This document shows positions 7,852 to 17,455 of a stretch of 64,000 bases of DNA, one piece after another. The notes beneath the pieces are model-generated. The model worked only from the letters and a program-made list of their open reading frames with translations, made no database searches and was not told the DNA's origin. Positions within the stretch are counted from its first letter, which is position 1. Every line of letters starts with the position of its first letter. The translations under genes and the position numbers were made by a program. Source of the DNA: a virus; the IMG/VR virus record IMGVR_UViG_3300028374_000008, positions 37,887-101,886 of that record, one strand, 5' to 3'.

Positions 7852-8504
7852 CGCTCTCTCTTCGCTTTCATCTCTTCGACGTAGAGCTCTATCCCTGCCA
7901 TCAACGCGAGTTGTATGCCGGTAGGGCTCTCGTCGAATGGGGTGTCAGCGAGCTTGTCTTGGTCAAGCCTACCCCACCCCTTTTTTACCTTCTGAACAAC
8001 GTCCTTATCCACACGCGTCAGCTCGTGCAGGCGCTCTTCACAGAACTCTAAGCTCGGAGGCACACAGCACATACCGTCGTGCATGCACGAGGCCGCCGCG
8101 TAGCCTGCAGGTTCGTAGTCGAGGTACTCGTCCGGGGTGCCCTCATCGAACATGTCCTGTGTCAACTCGTTGATCTCGTTGACTGCCCACGCGATGTAGT
8201 CGGGTGATGCTTGTTGGTAGGCGTCTGGGATAACCGGGGTGCCGTTGAACGCTAAGACTGTGTTCTCAAAGACCGACGCGTCGGTGAACGCGCTGGCCTG
8301 TTCCCGTATCGTAATCGCTGCGTGCAGTGCGTCCCACGCCGCGGGCGCCATCTCAATCCCCATCTCCACGAAGTCGAGCTCGAGTGTCTCCGGCTCGGTG
8401 TCGTGTAGCTCATCGCTGTAGAGCGCACGTGCTGCGAGGTAGCGTATCGACGCACATGTGTCGTCGTCACCTAACAGCTTCTTTGCCTGGTCTTTGGAGA
8501 TCAC
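7833..8504 (-). CDS. Hypothetical phage protein
   Basis: 223 aa ORF, translationally coupled to the upstream minus-strand gene. Confidence 0.75.
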   Translation of the reverse strand: MISKDQAKKLLGDDDTCASIRYLAARALYSDELHDTEPETLELDFVEMGIEMAPAAWDALHAAITIREQASAFTDASVFENTVLAFNGTPVIPDAYQQASPDYIAWAVNEINELTQDMFDEGTPDEYLDYEPAGYAAASCMHDGMCCVPPSLEFCEERLHELTRVDKDVVQKVKKGWGRLDQDKLADTPFDESPTGIQLALMAGIELYVEEMKAKRERQLASL

Positions 8505-9523
8505 AGGTACGGCTTCAGTTGTGTGTAGAGCATCTTCTGCAGGTCGCCCGGCAGCGTCTCAATGAGCGCCTTGAACTGCGCAGGGTCGATGTCATCGCCG
8601 ACTTTGCAGTGATCTAAGACATCTTCTCCCAAGACGTCCTCGACTTCAGGCGCCATAGCCATGAGCTCTTTCATTGGCACGTCGTGCCCTGCGAGCTGGA
8701 TGGTGCGTGTGCTGGCGATCTTGTCCATGTTGAACACTGTCTCGACCGGGTTAAGCAATGTCCGGTCGTAACGCGGCCAGAACTCTGCCTGCTGGTCGAG
8801 GTCCTCGAGCATCCCTGCCAGCTTAATGAGCTGGTCACGGTCTTTGATGACGCCGCCACGTGGGAAGTTGTTCTCGATGGCCCACGCAAACTTCTGGAAG
8901 TCTGCAGCGCTCTCCACAGTCGGAGCGGCGCCAATGCGGGCTTCCACCCAATCAAGTAAGACGCCTGCATCGCAGGGGGTAAGACCTGCAAATTTGTAGA
9001 TGTCTTTGGGCAGCTGGTCTTCGTCGAGACCAAATGACGCTGCCTTCTCTACAAGCCTGGACGCCGCTTGGGTAAGTGTCGGCGCCATGAGCTTGTTCTT
9101 TTGCTCCAACAGAGCATGCGCGGACACGTCCACATCGCTCGCCTCTTTAACGAGAAGCGCGCCGTATTGTGGTAGAAGAAAGTGTTCAGCATCAGGCTGC
9201 TGGTCGGGTAACATTTCCGCCGCAGTCTTCTTTGGGTGCATCTCTTTTGCATCCAGTCCGAACATCTCCAGAGCGTTGTCGATGCGTTGCATCACGTTCT
9301 GGGGAACATGTGAAGCCTGCTTGGTCGCGTACGCCTTCGAAAGTAGACTGTGCTCCGGCGTGTGCACAGGAAAACGACGTACTTCGGGAAACGCGAATGC
9401 GGTGCCGGGCAGTCCCGGATCGTCCACAGATGCAGTCTTCACCTGCTGAATTGTTGTTGGATACTCACGAGCTATTTGCTGCAGAAGCAAGTGCTTCGTA
9501 TCCGTAAACTGGTCAACTAACAT
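8501..9523 (-). CDS. Hypothetical (possibly virion head) protein rich in K-x-A-S/A motifs
   Basis: 340 aa ORF containing VKTAS, TKQAS, KKTAA, VKEAS, EKAAS, DKIAS. Confidence 0.75.
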   Translation of the reverse strand: MLVDQFTDTKHLLLQQIAREYPTTIQQVKTASVDDPGLPGTAFAFPEVRRFPVHTPEHSLLSKAYATKQASHVPQNVMQRIDNALEMFGLDAKEMHPKKTAAEMLPDQQPDAEHFLLPQYGALLVKEASDVDVSAHALLEQKNKLMAPTLTQAASRLVEKAASFGLDEDQLPKDIYKFAGLTPCDAGVLLDWVEARIGAAPTVESAADFQKFAWAIENNFPRGGVIKDRDQLIKLAGMLEDLDQQAEFWPRYDRTLLNPVETVFNMDKIASTRTIQLAGHDVPMKELMAMAPEVEDVLGEDVLDHCKVGDDIDPAQFKALIETLPGDLQKMLYTQLKPYL

Positions 9524-9534
9524 AAGGAACCACC

Positions 9535-11304
9535 ATGCGAGTGGATGTAGAGGGCAATGCCCTGGAACCAGACGAAACCGTATCAGAAGAGCCCACAGAC
9601 GAGAAGGATCAAGACGATTACGTTGTCTTTGACCCCCAGCAAGATGCGCTGGGCAAATGGCTGGCGACGTTTACACACAACGACTTCGCCCGGGATAACC
9701 CGGACATGTCGGTGTACGCACGCATCATCCGGCAGCTCCGTATCGAACAGATGCCCGACAAGATGATGGCTGTGACCATCAAAAACGGGCGCCACACCCT
9801 CATGTACAACAACGAGTGGGCTGCCCAGTCCACGTTCCTCGAAGTCGTGGCGACGTTCGCGCACGAGGCGTTTCACATTCTCAACCGCGACATCCCTACG
9901 ATGCTGCGCTACCTGTCCGGGTTCCCCGCCGACATGCGTGGTTTCATCCACAGCCTCTACAACGTGGCGATGGACGCCGCGAACAACTGGCTGCTTGTCC
10001 AGAAGATGAGCCACATGAAGTACGGCTCAACAGGCCACTGGGTGCTGCCTGAGCCGATGGGCTTTCCCGGTAACCTGGACACCGACATCTATCAGCAGAT
10101 GTTGTTGGAGCGTGCCGACCAGCTCAAGCAACTGATGGACGAGATTGACGAGCAGATGGCGAAGTCCGGTGGACAGGGTCAACAGCCTCAACCAGGCCAA
10201 GGCCAGCCAGAAGACGGCCAGCCAGGTGAAGGAGAAGGTCAAGGCCAAGACCAGCCAGAAGACGGCGAGCCAGGTGAAGGAGAAGGTCAAGGCCAAGACC
10301 AGCCAGGAGACGGCGAGCCAGGTGAAGGAGAAGGTCAAGGCGACGGCGGAGGTCCCGGGCAAGGACAGCCGCAGCCCGGTGGGCCAGGCGGAGGTGACCC
10401 CATGGACAACATCGACTGGGATAAGTACGGCCCGGTCGTTGAAGCCGTGATGAAGCTGCGTGCACAGGAAAAGCACGACTGGTTCGATGAAAAACTCAAC
10501 CAGATGGCGCCGGAAGAGCTTGAGGCGCGGGCAGCCAACGCCGAGTCACAAGCACGTATGATCTCCATCAAAGCGCTTAAGGACCACAAGAAGCAGATCG
10601 GCAACCTGCCCGCGCACCTCGATCACCGTCTGAAAACACTCCTCGAAGAGGAAGCGGTTCCGTGGACAGCGATCCTGTCCAAGCTCATCGCAGCGCAGAT
10701 GCTTGCGCGGCGTCGTGCCACGATGACCCGCCCTGCCAAGCGTCGCTTCATTCTCTTCACCGAGGACGAGCAGGGTAACTACGTACGACGTGACATGCCT
10801 GCGCCGGCTTACCCAGGCTCCAAGCGTGAGCGTGAATTCGTCATCCTGTTCGCGATTGACACCTCCGGGTCGATGTCTGACCAGGAAGTCATGGAGGGCC
10901 TGTCTGAGATTCAAGGGCTCTTAAAGCGCGCCCCGCACTCCCACTGTATTGTCCTACAGTGCGACACGCACATCTCCGCAGCGCATGTGCTTGGTCCTGA
11001 CATGGACGTTGAGAAGTACGTTGAGGACATCGGACGTACATCCGGCGGCGGCACGCACTTCCTTGAGCCGTTCCGGCTTGCGCGTGCACTGGGCGGGCGG
11101 AGTAAAATGCCGCAGCTCCCCGAGGGGGCGCGCGAGATTCTTAAGCCGTACAAAAAAGCGGACCTCGTCGTCTATCACACCGACACCTACGGCGCGACGC
11201 CTGAGATGGACTTGCACCCTGGGTGCCCGACTCTCTGGACTGTGCCACGTGGCGGTAGCGTCTCCTTCAACCCCGCGTTTGGCCATGTCATCGTTCGAGA
11301 GTGA
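9535..11304 (+). CDS. DUF2201-type protein: N-terminal HExxH metallopeptidase-like domain, low-complexity linker, C-terminal vWA domain
   Basis: AHEAFH, NVAMDAANN, MIDAS IDTSGS, QCDT, GGGTHF, YHTD. Confidence 0.88.
   Translation: MRVDVEGNALEPDETVSEEPTDEKDQDDYVVFDPQQDALGKWLATFTHNDFARDNPDMSVYARIIRQLRIEQMPDKMMAVTIKNGRHTLMYNNEWAAQSTFLEVVATFAHEAFHILNRDIPTMLRYLSGFPADMRGFIHSLYNVAMDAANNWLLVQKMSHMKYGSTGHWVLPEPMGFPGNLDTDIYQQMLLERADQLKQLMDEIDEQMAKSGGQGQQPQPGQGQPEDGQPGEGEGQGQDQPEDGEPGEGEGQGQDQPGDGEPGEGEGQGDGGGPGQGQPQPGGPGGGDPMDNIDWDKYGPVVEAVMKLRAQEKHDWFDEKLNQMAPEELEARAANAESQARMISIKALKDHKKQIGNLPAHLDHRLKTLLEEEAVPWTAILSKLIAAQMLARRRATMTRPAKRRFILFTEDEQGNYVRRDMPAPAYPGSKREREFVILFAIDTSGSMSDQEVMEGLSEIQGLLKRAPHSHCIVLQCDTHISAAHVLGPDMDVEKYVEDIGRTSGGGTHFLEPFRLARALGGRSKMPQLPEGAREILKPYKKADLVVYHTDTYGATPEMDLHPGCPTLWTVPRGGSVSFNPAFGHVIVRE
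10194..10341 (+). repeat. Three tandem 48-bp coding repeats (QGQDQPEDGEPGEGEG)
   Basis: Directly visible in DNA and protein. Confidence 0.9.
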
Positions 11305-11527
11305 CCATGCGTCGTGGGGCGTGTCCGTTAGGTGGCGTACGCACAACGGGGCGCTGCACTGGCTTACCCTTTATCACCTAAACAGCACGTGGTGGCTTAC
11401 CCATGCCATCACGGGCAACACTTGGACGAGTAAAGCAGACAACGAACTTCAATTCACTGACGTAAAGGATGCGCATGCCGCGTTTTGTGCGTGTATGCGC
11501 GCCCTTTGCACGACCCCCTCACTGTGA
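11285..11527 (+). CDS. Hypothetical protein (80 aa)
   Basis: ATG 11285 overlaps the end of the vWA gene and the ORF fills the gap to the next gene. Confidence 0.55.
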   Translation: MSSFESDHASWGVSVRWRTHNGALHWLTLYHLNSTWWLTHAITGNTWTSKADNELQFTDVKDAHAAFCACMRALCTTPSL

Positions 11528-11533
11528 GGATGT

Positions 11534-12262
11534 ATGTACAAACTACGAGCCCACCGAGGCGACCAAGGCCTCCGTACACCGTTTCCCTTGATGTACTTTT
11601 TCACCCCCAAAGAAGCTCCAGAGTTTCGCAAAGCGTTTGAGACGTTCATTGGTTTCCCTGCACGCCACGCTCAGTCCATTAAGTGGGACGAGCTGCGTGT
11701 GCACCAGGTCGACGGAAAGACTCTTCCTGAGACCAAGACAGTCTTGGACATTATCCCTGACTTACTCGACCCGCGCCTCAAGTGGTCGGTGGCAATACCC
11801 ATCTTGGCAGTGTCGCAATGGGGCAAGCTCTTCACGCCCAACGACGCAGACGTTGCAGGTCTTCAAGCACAGAACGCAGAGCTTGAAGACGCCGACGCCC
11901 GGACGTGCGCGAAGTTTCTCGTGTCACGTAGCTGGGGCAACTACAAAGCCACACGCGGACAACCCCAGCCGCGCCCGGCCTACCCGATGACAGCCTACCT
12001 CGTTGATCGGGACGGCGTGCATGCTCCGCTGTGCAACGCATGTCCCCGTGTGCTTCTGCACGAGGCAGGCCAGTGCCAGATCGGTGACAACATATGCTTT
12101 GCTCACCTGCAAAACTTTGCGGCGGACAACACCTTCTACAAGAAACTCTCAAAATACCAAGACCTCGAAGGAGACGAAGACGATGGCGTACAAAAAGGGA
12201 ATGCTGGACAACCTCAAGACCCCGAAGATACCGGCACACCTGAGCCTCCCCAAGCCGATTGA
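11534..12262 (+). CDS. Hypothetical Cys-cluster protein immediately upstream of and overlapping the RT
   Basis: 242 aa, GAGGA RBS, CNAC..C..C cluster. Confidence 0.75.
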   Translation: MYKLRAHRGDQGLRTPFPLMYFFTPKEAPEFRKAFETFIGFPARHAQSIKWDELRVHQVDGKTLPETKTVLDIIPDLLDPRLKWSVAIPILAVSQWGKLFTPNDADVAGLQAQNAELEDADARTCAKFLVSRSWGNYKATRGQPQPRPAYPMTAYLVDRDGVHAPLCNACPRVLLHEAGQCQIGDNICFAHLQNFAADNTFYKKLSKYQDLEGDEDDGVQKGNAGQPQDPEDTGTPEPPQAD

Positions 12263-13250
12263 CGACGTGTCTTTGGCGTTCAGCCTCGGCATCCAAAACA
12301 AGACGATGTGGTGGCTCGTTCACATCAACGACTACACGCTCATCCAGGCAGGATCAGGGGCCTACACCTTGTTCGACATCCCCAAAAAGAGCGGAGGAAA
12401 ACGCACCATCCACGCGCCGCACCCGCGCTTAAAAGAGGTGCAGAAGGCTATCCTCGTCACGTACCTCGAGCCCTTCCCGGTGCCCGAGCATGTCGGGGCG
12501 TTTGTGAAAGGGCGCGGACTCAACCACACCAGCGAACAACACGTCGGGGCGAAGTACCAGATCACACTGGACCTAAAAGACTTCTTCACGACGACACGGC
12601 GCCAGTGGGTGCGCGATGTGCTCTACAAGGTAGGCTACAACCGTGACGTGGTGCGGCCTTTGGCCTCGCTTATGACGGTACCCATCGCTCTTAAAAATGG
12701 ACATAAAGTAGGCGTCGTTCCGCAGGGTGGTCCTACCTCAGGCATGATTGCCAACCTGGTTGCTATGGACCGGCTAGACACTCCCATCCACAACTTCTTG
12801 GAGACGAGCGTTGGGACGGACAACTTTGTCTACACCCGGTACGCTGATGACCTTGTCGTGTCCTTTTTCGTTAACCTAGACGACGCGCGTATCAAGCAGA
12901 TCACAGACGACCTGTTCGACATCATCACGACGTCTGGGTACGCGGTGAACTTCAAGAAGGTTCGTCACACCAAAGAAGGTGCGCCGATGAAGGTCTTGGG
13001 GCACACCGTCAACGTGAAGGTCAACGTTCCTCAGGAAGTTTACCGGCGGCTACGCGCCATCGCACACAACTGTGCGACCCACGGACTGGAGACGCAGTAC
13101 CAACGATATGGCGCGGGCGATGTCGCTCAACTCATCAACAAACTACGCGGAGAAATTACTTACTGGAGCTCTGTAAACCCGGAGCGTATGTCAGATATCG
13201 TCGTTGATTTCCAACACGCATTGGAGAACCGATGCAGTACTACACCTTAA
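12183..13250 (+). CDS. Retron-type reverse transcriptase (355 aa)
   Basis: IPKKSGGKRTIHAP, LKEVQK, region X-like NHTSEQH, LDLKDFF, PQGGPTSGMIANL, YTRYADDL, region Y-like KVLGHTVN; GGAG RBS before ATG 12183; no maturase, endonuclease or Cas1 domain. Confidence 0.92.
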   Translation: MAYKKGMLDNLKTPKIPAHLSLPKPIDDVSLAFSLGIQNKTMWWLVHINDYTLIQAGSGAYTLFDIPKKSGGKRTIHAPHPRLKEVQKAILVTYLEPFPVPEHVGAFVKGRGLNHTSEQHVGAKYQITLDLKDFFTTTRRQWVRDVLYKVGYNRDVVRPLASLMTVPIALKNGHKVGVVPQGGPTSGMIANLVAMDRLDTPIHNFLETSVGTDNFVYTRYADDLVVSFFVNLDDARIKQITDDLFDIITTSGYAVNFKKVRHTKEGAPMKVLGHTVNVKVNVPQEVYRRLRAIAHNCATHGLETQYQRYGAGDVAQLINKLRGEITYWSSVNPERMSDIVVDFQHALENRCSTTP

Positions 13251-14821
13251 CGCATGTTCGGAGCGCCAACACACGTACCGCGTGTAAAAATGTGGTCGTG
13301 CTTTCTTCCCCCAAACACACACCTATTACCTGCCAGGACATTGACGTTGTGCTACGCAAAGTAGGCGCGCATGACTACTGGGAGCACCCTTGGGCAAGCG
13401 TAACCGTTGACGCGTCTGTCCTGAGAAGCAACACGCAGGGGTACCGAGTTGCGTCCTCTGAGCCCCGCCACACCGCTGTAGTGGCGCCCAGCGTCGACGT
13501 GTTTACGGACGTAGACATGACGACGCCTCTGACAGGCTTTCGGCTCGGCTTCCACGTCAAGGGAGCTGAGTCGATAAGCTGGCCCTTTGAAGAGCTGCGT
13601 TCAGAGTGTCACCTCGTGTGGGCGCTTACGTCGTCCGTATGTAAGACCTGCAAAATGAACAACCAGTTGGCGTGCCGGTGGGCGCTCTTCACGAAAAAAC
13701 TTCGTGGGATGGGTGTCACAAAAGCCCACGAGCAGTTTTATGCGTGGTCTTCGCTGCATTTTCAGCAGAAGAATCTGCGCGATCCTGCACCTATTGTCCC
13801 TGTTGAAGGTCTTCCCCTTAACGCTGAGACGTGTATTGGACGCCGCGCATGGAACCTGGCGTACGACGAGACGATGGTAAAGCGGGCAGGGGACGTGGGC
13901 ACGTATGAGTACATTTCGGCGTATTACACCAGCGCGTGGAGCGCAACGAACACGCGCTGGAAAACCGACACGGGTGCGTGCAGCGTCATCAAGCATGACC
14001 CCGACACTATTCAAAGACGCGTCCGGGCCAAGTCCAACCAGGCGTCTAACGCAGCGACTGCGCGGGAGCGGCGTTCCGATATTTGCGGCACGAAAGAGGA
14101 GGCGTGCTATCTCGAAGACAGGTGTTCGCTGTGGCGTCGTCAAAACTCATGCGTACGTATGCAATCCGAGAGTGACTTTTCGGCGTATGCGGAGCAGCAC
14201 TTCGACGAAAACCCAGAGGAGCTGGCGCCTCCTCAGATGCTCTACTTGTCGTCTTTGGTAGCAGGTCGTGAGTTTGACCTCATTGACGAGCGCACGGAGC
14301 ACGTCCGTGGAAGCACGATGGGTGGCGCGGCGAAGCAGTCGCGTTACGCGTCGTCTCTTTTTTGGAGCATCCTAACGGACTCAGGACGCCGGACGCTGCG
14401 GTTTCATTCGTGGCTTGAGCTTACGCAGCACATCCGCCGGTATGCTCCCTGGGAGTTGTCGTTCTTTGAAGATGCGAAGAAGAAGGCGGATGCGTTGGTG
14501 TGCGACGTAAACCCGGAGTCGTTGCGTCTTTCTACGCTGCGCCTTTCGGGGCGTGTGCGCGTGCGCTCAGGGTTTGGCTACAGCTCGTATAGTCCCATTG
14601 GCATATGTGTCTACCCGCTGCCTGCGTATCCCGAAGACCCCAACTATGTATGGTCGTTTAAGCCAAGCATGCGGTTTGAGGATGGCTCATCGCGCTCTCC
14701 GCACACCGTTCGGTCTTACATGTACGGCTACAAGTTCTTAGGGCTAACGCCGCCGCACCTCTTCACGCCTAAGCCAGGCTCTCCCCTAAAGGTTTACACC
14801 TACGATGTGGGCGGCGAGTAG
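13232..14821 (+). CDS. Unknown Cys-rich 529 aa protein overlapping the RT stop (candidate RT partner)
   Basis: Overlaps the RT by 19 nt; CKTC..C and C..C..C..C clusters. Confidence 0.7.
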   Translation: MQYYTLTHVRSANTRTACKNVVVLSSPKHTPITCQDIDVVLRKVGAHDYWEHPWASVTVDASVLRSNTQGYRVASSEPRHTAVVAPSVDVFTDVDMTTPLTGFRLGFHVKGAESISWPFEELRSECHLVWALTSSVCKTCKMNNQLACRWALFTKKLRGMGVTKAHEQFYAWSSLHFQQKNLRDPAPIVPVEGLPLNAETCIGRRAWNLAYDETMVKRAGDVGTYEYISAYYTSAWSATNTRWKTDTGACSVIKHDPDTIQRRVRAKSNQASNAATARERRSDICGTKEEACYLEDRCSLWRRQNSCVRMQSESDFSAYAEQHFDENPEELAPPQMLYLSSLVAGREFDLIDERTEHVRGSTMGGAAKQSRYASSLFWSILTDSGRRTLRFHSWLELTQHIRRYAPWELSFFEDAKKKADALVCDVNPESLRLSTLRLSGRVRVRSGFGYSSYSPIGICVYPLPAYPEDPNYVWSFKPSMRFEDGSSRSPHTVRSYMYGYKFLGLTPPHLFTPKPGSPLKVYTYDVGGE

Positions 14822-15849
14822 GCCGGGCACAGGTCCACAACTTCAGCCAGCAAGCGCGTCTCTTCGCGCTCCAAGGATTCTTGGACCTGCTGGGAATCAG
14901 AGAGCTCTCGCGTGCACGTTTCAAGTGCCGTGAGAGCCTCATTTTTAGCTGTGGTAGCTGCGTCGCGTATCGTTGTCTGCGCGGAGATCTGCGTGGTCAC
15001 GGCTGCGATCTCTGCAGTGATTGTAGAGATGCTGTTACTCAAAGTGACAACCGCATCCTCAAAGCCGCCGGTGTCGTAGTACTCGACGTACAGTGCGCCG
15101 GTGGGGTTTAGAAGCTCATCGTCAACGGTGTCACGTGGCACACCCGCGGCGAATGATACGCGCTGGTTGTTCCATGTGCTGATGGCCGCAACGATGTCTG
15201 CTGCAAGGCTTGTCGACGCAGACTGTATGGCAGTCAAAGCGTTGAGCCCAGCAGTCAGTGCTGTCTTGCTGCGATCGAGCGCACTGAGCGTCGTGTTGGC
15301 GTCAGCCTCGGTTGCGGCGGCGTCGTCGTAGGTGTCTTGGAGTTCGTCACACGACGCCTGCTTCTCGGTGACCGTTGTGTCCTGTGCGGTGCGCTCGTCG
15401 CGTTTTTCTGTGTACGCAGAGATCGCTGGCGTGAGTATGCCGATGTCTGCAGCAGGGAACGACAGATTCTCTGCTGGGTCGGACAAGAACACGTCAATGA
15501 AGGCCTGGTAGTCGACGACCAGGGCGTTGACGCGCTCCTGCAAGAAGTCCTTCCCTGCGATAGCAGTGTTGATGTTTTCGTAGCGGTTGATGACCGTCGA
15601 GGAACGGAAGAATGACGCTTCGTTCGTGACCGCCAGAGCCCGGCTTGTTGCGAGCACTGCCAGGTCCGCGGGCGTTGCCACCCGTGCCAAGATGTCTTGC
15701 TTAGGATCGTCTTCGTCGATGATCTCTAATACAAACGCGCCAAAGTCTGGCAAGTCGCCGCGGTCCGTGACCGTAGATGTAACAACATACTCGACGGTGA
15801 CGCCGTCGATCTCTGCCGTGCGTAGCTGTGTTGCCAGCGTAGGTGCCAT
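14800..15849 (-). CDS. Putative virion coiled-coil protein
   Basis: 349 aa, Thr/Ala-rich helical C-terminal half. Confidence 0.65.
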   Translation of the reverse strand: MAPTLATQLRTAEIDGVTVEYVVTSTVTDRGDLPDFGAFVLEIIDEDDPKQDILARVATPADLAVLATSRALAVTNEASFFRSSTVINRYENINTAIAGKDFLQERVNALVVDYQAFIDVFLSDPAENLSFPAADIGILTPAISAYTEKRDERTAQDTTVTEKQASCDELQDTYDDAAATEADANTTLSALDRSKTALTAGLNALTAIQSASTSLAADIVAAISTWNNQRVSFAAGVPRDTVDDELLNPTGALYVEYYDTGGFEDAVVTLSNSISTITAEIAAVTTQISAQTTIRDAATTAKNEALTALETCTRELSDSQQVQESLEREETRLLAEVVDLCPAYSPPTS

Positions 15850-16208
15850 TAGGAGTACGTATTCGTGTTGGAACCAAGGAACGTAGTGAGGCCCGCGTTG
15901 TACTCTGTGACGAGCGTTGTCAAAGCCGCGTCCACATTCGTGCGCGCAGTATCGCCGTCTGTAATAGAGTCGTAGCGCCCCGTGACTTCTGACTGGCGGT
16001 AGAACGCTGTGCCGTCTGTGCGCGTCGTCGGGTAGATCAAGTCGCCGGGTGTAATGGTCCGTATAAACGTGTTGTCTGAGAAGCGCAGAAGGAAGACTTC
16101 TTCCGGCATATCGGTGGCAGTATCAACGGTCCATGTTACCGTGTAGACGGTGTTCCCGTCGCCGTCGGTCTCCGTACCGCCTTCGTCTGTGACTTCAATG
16201 GACGCCAT
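15849..16208 (-). CDS. Putative virion protein
   Basis: Thr-rich acidic ORF with GAGG RBS before ATG 16208; coupled to the next gene. Confidence 0.6.
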   Translation of the reverse strand: MASIEVTDEGGTETDGDGNTVYTVTWTVDTATDMPEEVFLLRFSDNTFIRTITPGDLIYPTTRTDGTAFYRQSEVTGRYDSITDGDTARTNVDAALTTLVTEYNAGLTTFLGSNTNTYS

Positions 16209-16261
16209 TTCAACCTCGTTGTGTGCGCGATCACTATACTGAAACCCTACGGCACTGCGCA

Positions 16262-16777
16262 ATGAACTTCATCGGCATTGACCAATCTATGCGGCACACA
16301 GGTGTGTGTTTACTGAGTAAACACGACGAACCAAAGCTGTGGCTCATCGAGCCTGAGCATAAAGGGCCCGTGCTGCTGGGTTACATTTTCGACCGCATCG
16401 CTGGCATCCTTGATGTTACAACACCTGTGGCTGCTGCCGTAGAGGGCGGATCATTTGGCAGCCGAGGTCGGTTGTTTGACTTAGGTGAGGTCCACGGCGT
16501 GGTGATGTTGGCTCTGCTCCAGGCCCGCACAAGCATTGTTGATGTTGCCCCGTCGCAGCTAAAGAAATTCCAGACGGGCAAGTCTGGTGCACGCAAAGAG
16601 TGGATGGTCGAAGCCGCCAACGACTTTCTTGGCTACGAGATAGACGACGACAACCTGGCTGATGCGGTGGGCCTTGCGCGCATCGCTCGAGCCGTCCACC
16701 TACAGGACGCTACGACGCGCGCCGAAGCCGAGGTCGTACACAAACTTACAAACTCTGATCGGTACTACAAACTATGA
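16262..16777 (+). CDS. ruvC: RuvC-like Holliday junction resolvase
   Basis: FIGIDQS, AVEG, P.QLKKF.TG..GA.KE.M, DDNLADAVGLA. Confidence 0.88.
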   Translation: MNFIGIDQSMRHTGVCLLSKHDEPKLWLIEPEHKGPVLLGYIFDRIAGILDVTTPVAAAVEGGSFGSRGRLFDLGEVHGVVMLALLQARTSIVDVAPSQLKKFQTGKSGARKEWMVEAANDFLGYEIDDDNLADAVGLARIARAVHLQDATTRAEAEVVHKLTNSDRYYKL

Positions 16778-17073
16778 AACCTGAACAACGTATTGGACTT
16801 ACGCCCATTCACGTACGCTTGGCAGCGTCGATGCTCACCAAAGGCGAGGGCCACCACCCGTGTGAACGCCTTGGGTACACTACCGCACTTGTTGAAACCG
16901 TTGAGGATTGGCACAACCGCGCGCTCGATGACCAGCCCGCTGCGTACTTCATGGAGATGCGGGTTAATTTCTACTCAGGGACACGTCGTGTACGCTGGGT
17001 AGACTTCAAGCTCAGCATGACGGGCGGGGGCGGTCAGCCTGCGTTCACAGTCCACGAGGCCGACGATGAGTAA
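16774..17073 (+). CDS. Hypothetical protein
   Basis: ATGA-coupled to ruvC. Confidence 0.65.
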   Translation: MKPEQRIGLTPIHVRLAASMLTKGEGHHPCERLGYTTALVETVEDWHNRALDDQPAAYFMEMRVNFYSGTRRVRWVDFKLSMTGGGGQPAFTVHEADDE

Positions 17074-17455
17074 CTACCAGCCCTACCGCAACTTCATAGA
17101 ATTTCGGTACGCCTACGGGCGCGTGCTAATTCTTCGTGATGCGCTGCCCACAGGGAGACAGCTCAGCACGGCGTGCCGAGCGCTGTGCGCGGTGTTCGGT
17201 CAACACACAAAGCGCATCAACGAAGACAACCCCATCATCAGTGTCGGCAAGCCTGGTATCAGTGTCTTAAAGAAGAAGTGGTTGTTCTTGGAGATTTACG
17301 ATGCTGCGGGCTTGGACGACGAGTTCAAAGAGACAATCCTGCGCGGCATACCGCGGCCTATGCTAGACGCTGTTTACGCCTCAGGAATCATGCTCGCTGA
17401 CGACATCAAGCTCTTTCCACCTGTCGTAGATCACGCCAGCGACACGCTCGTCTGA
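17066..17455 (+). CDS. Hypothetical protein
   Basis: Coupled ORF, 129 aa. Confidence 0.65.
   Translation: MSNYQPYRNFIEFRYAYGRVLILRDALPTGRQLSTACRALCAVFGQHTKRINEDNPIISVGKPGISVLKKKWLFLEIYDAAGLDDEFKETILRGIPRPMLDAVYASGIMLADDIKLFPPVVDHASDTLV

Noticed and set aside
11304-12183. msr-msd directly upstream of the RT
   Set aside because: The region is filled by two plausible ORFs and I found no a1/a2 pair or conserved msr hairpin by eye; a covariance-model scan would be needed to exclude it fully
12183-13250. DGR or group II intron RT
   Set aside because: No maturase or HNH domain, no recognisable intron or Avd gene, and the only long repeat pair seen (54585/55053) is identical rather than adenine-mutated
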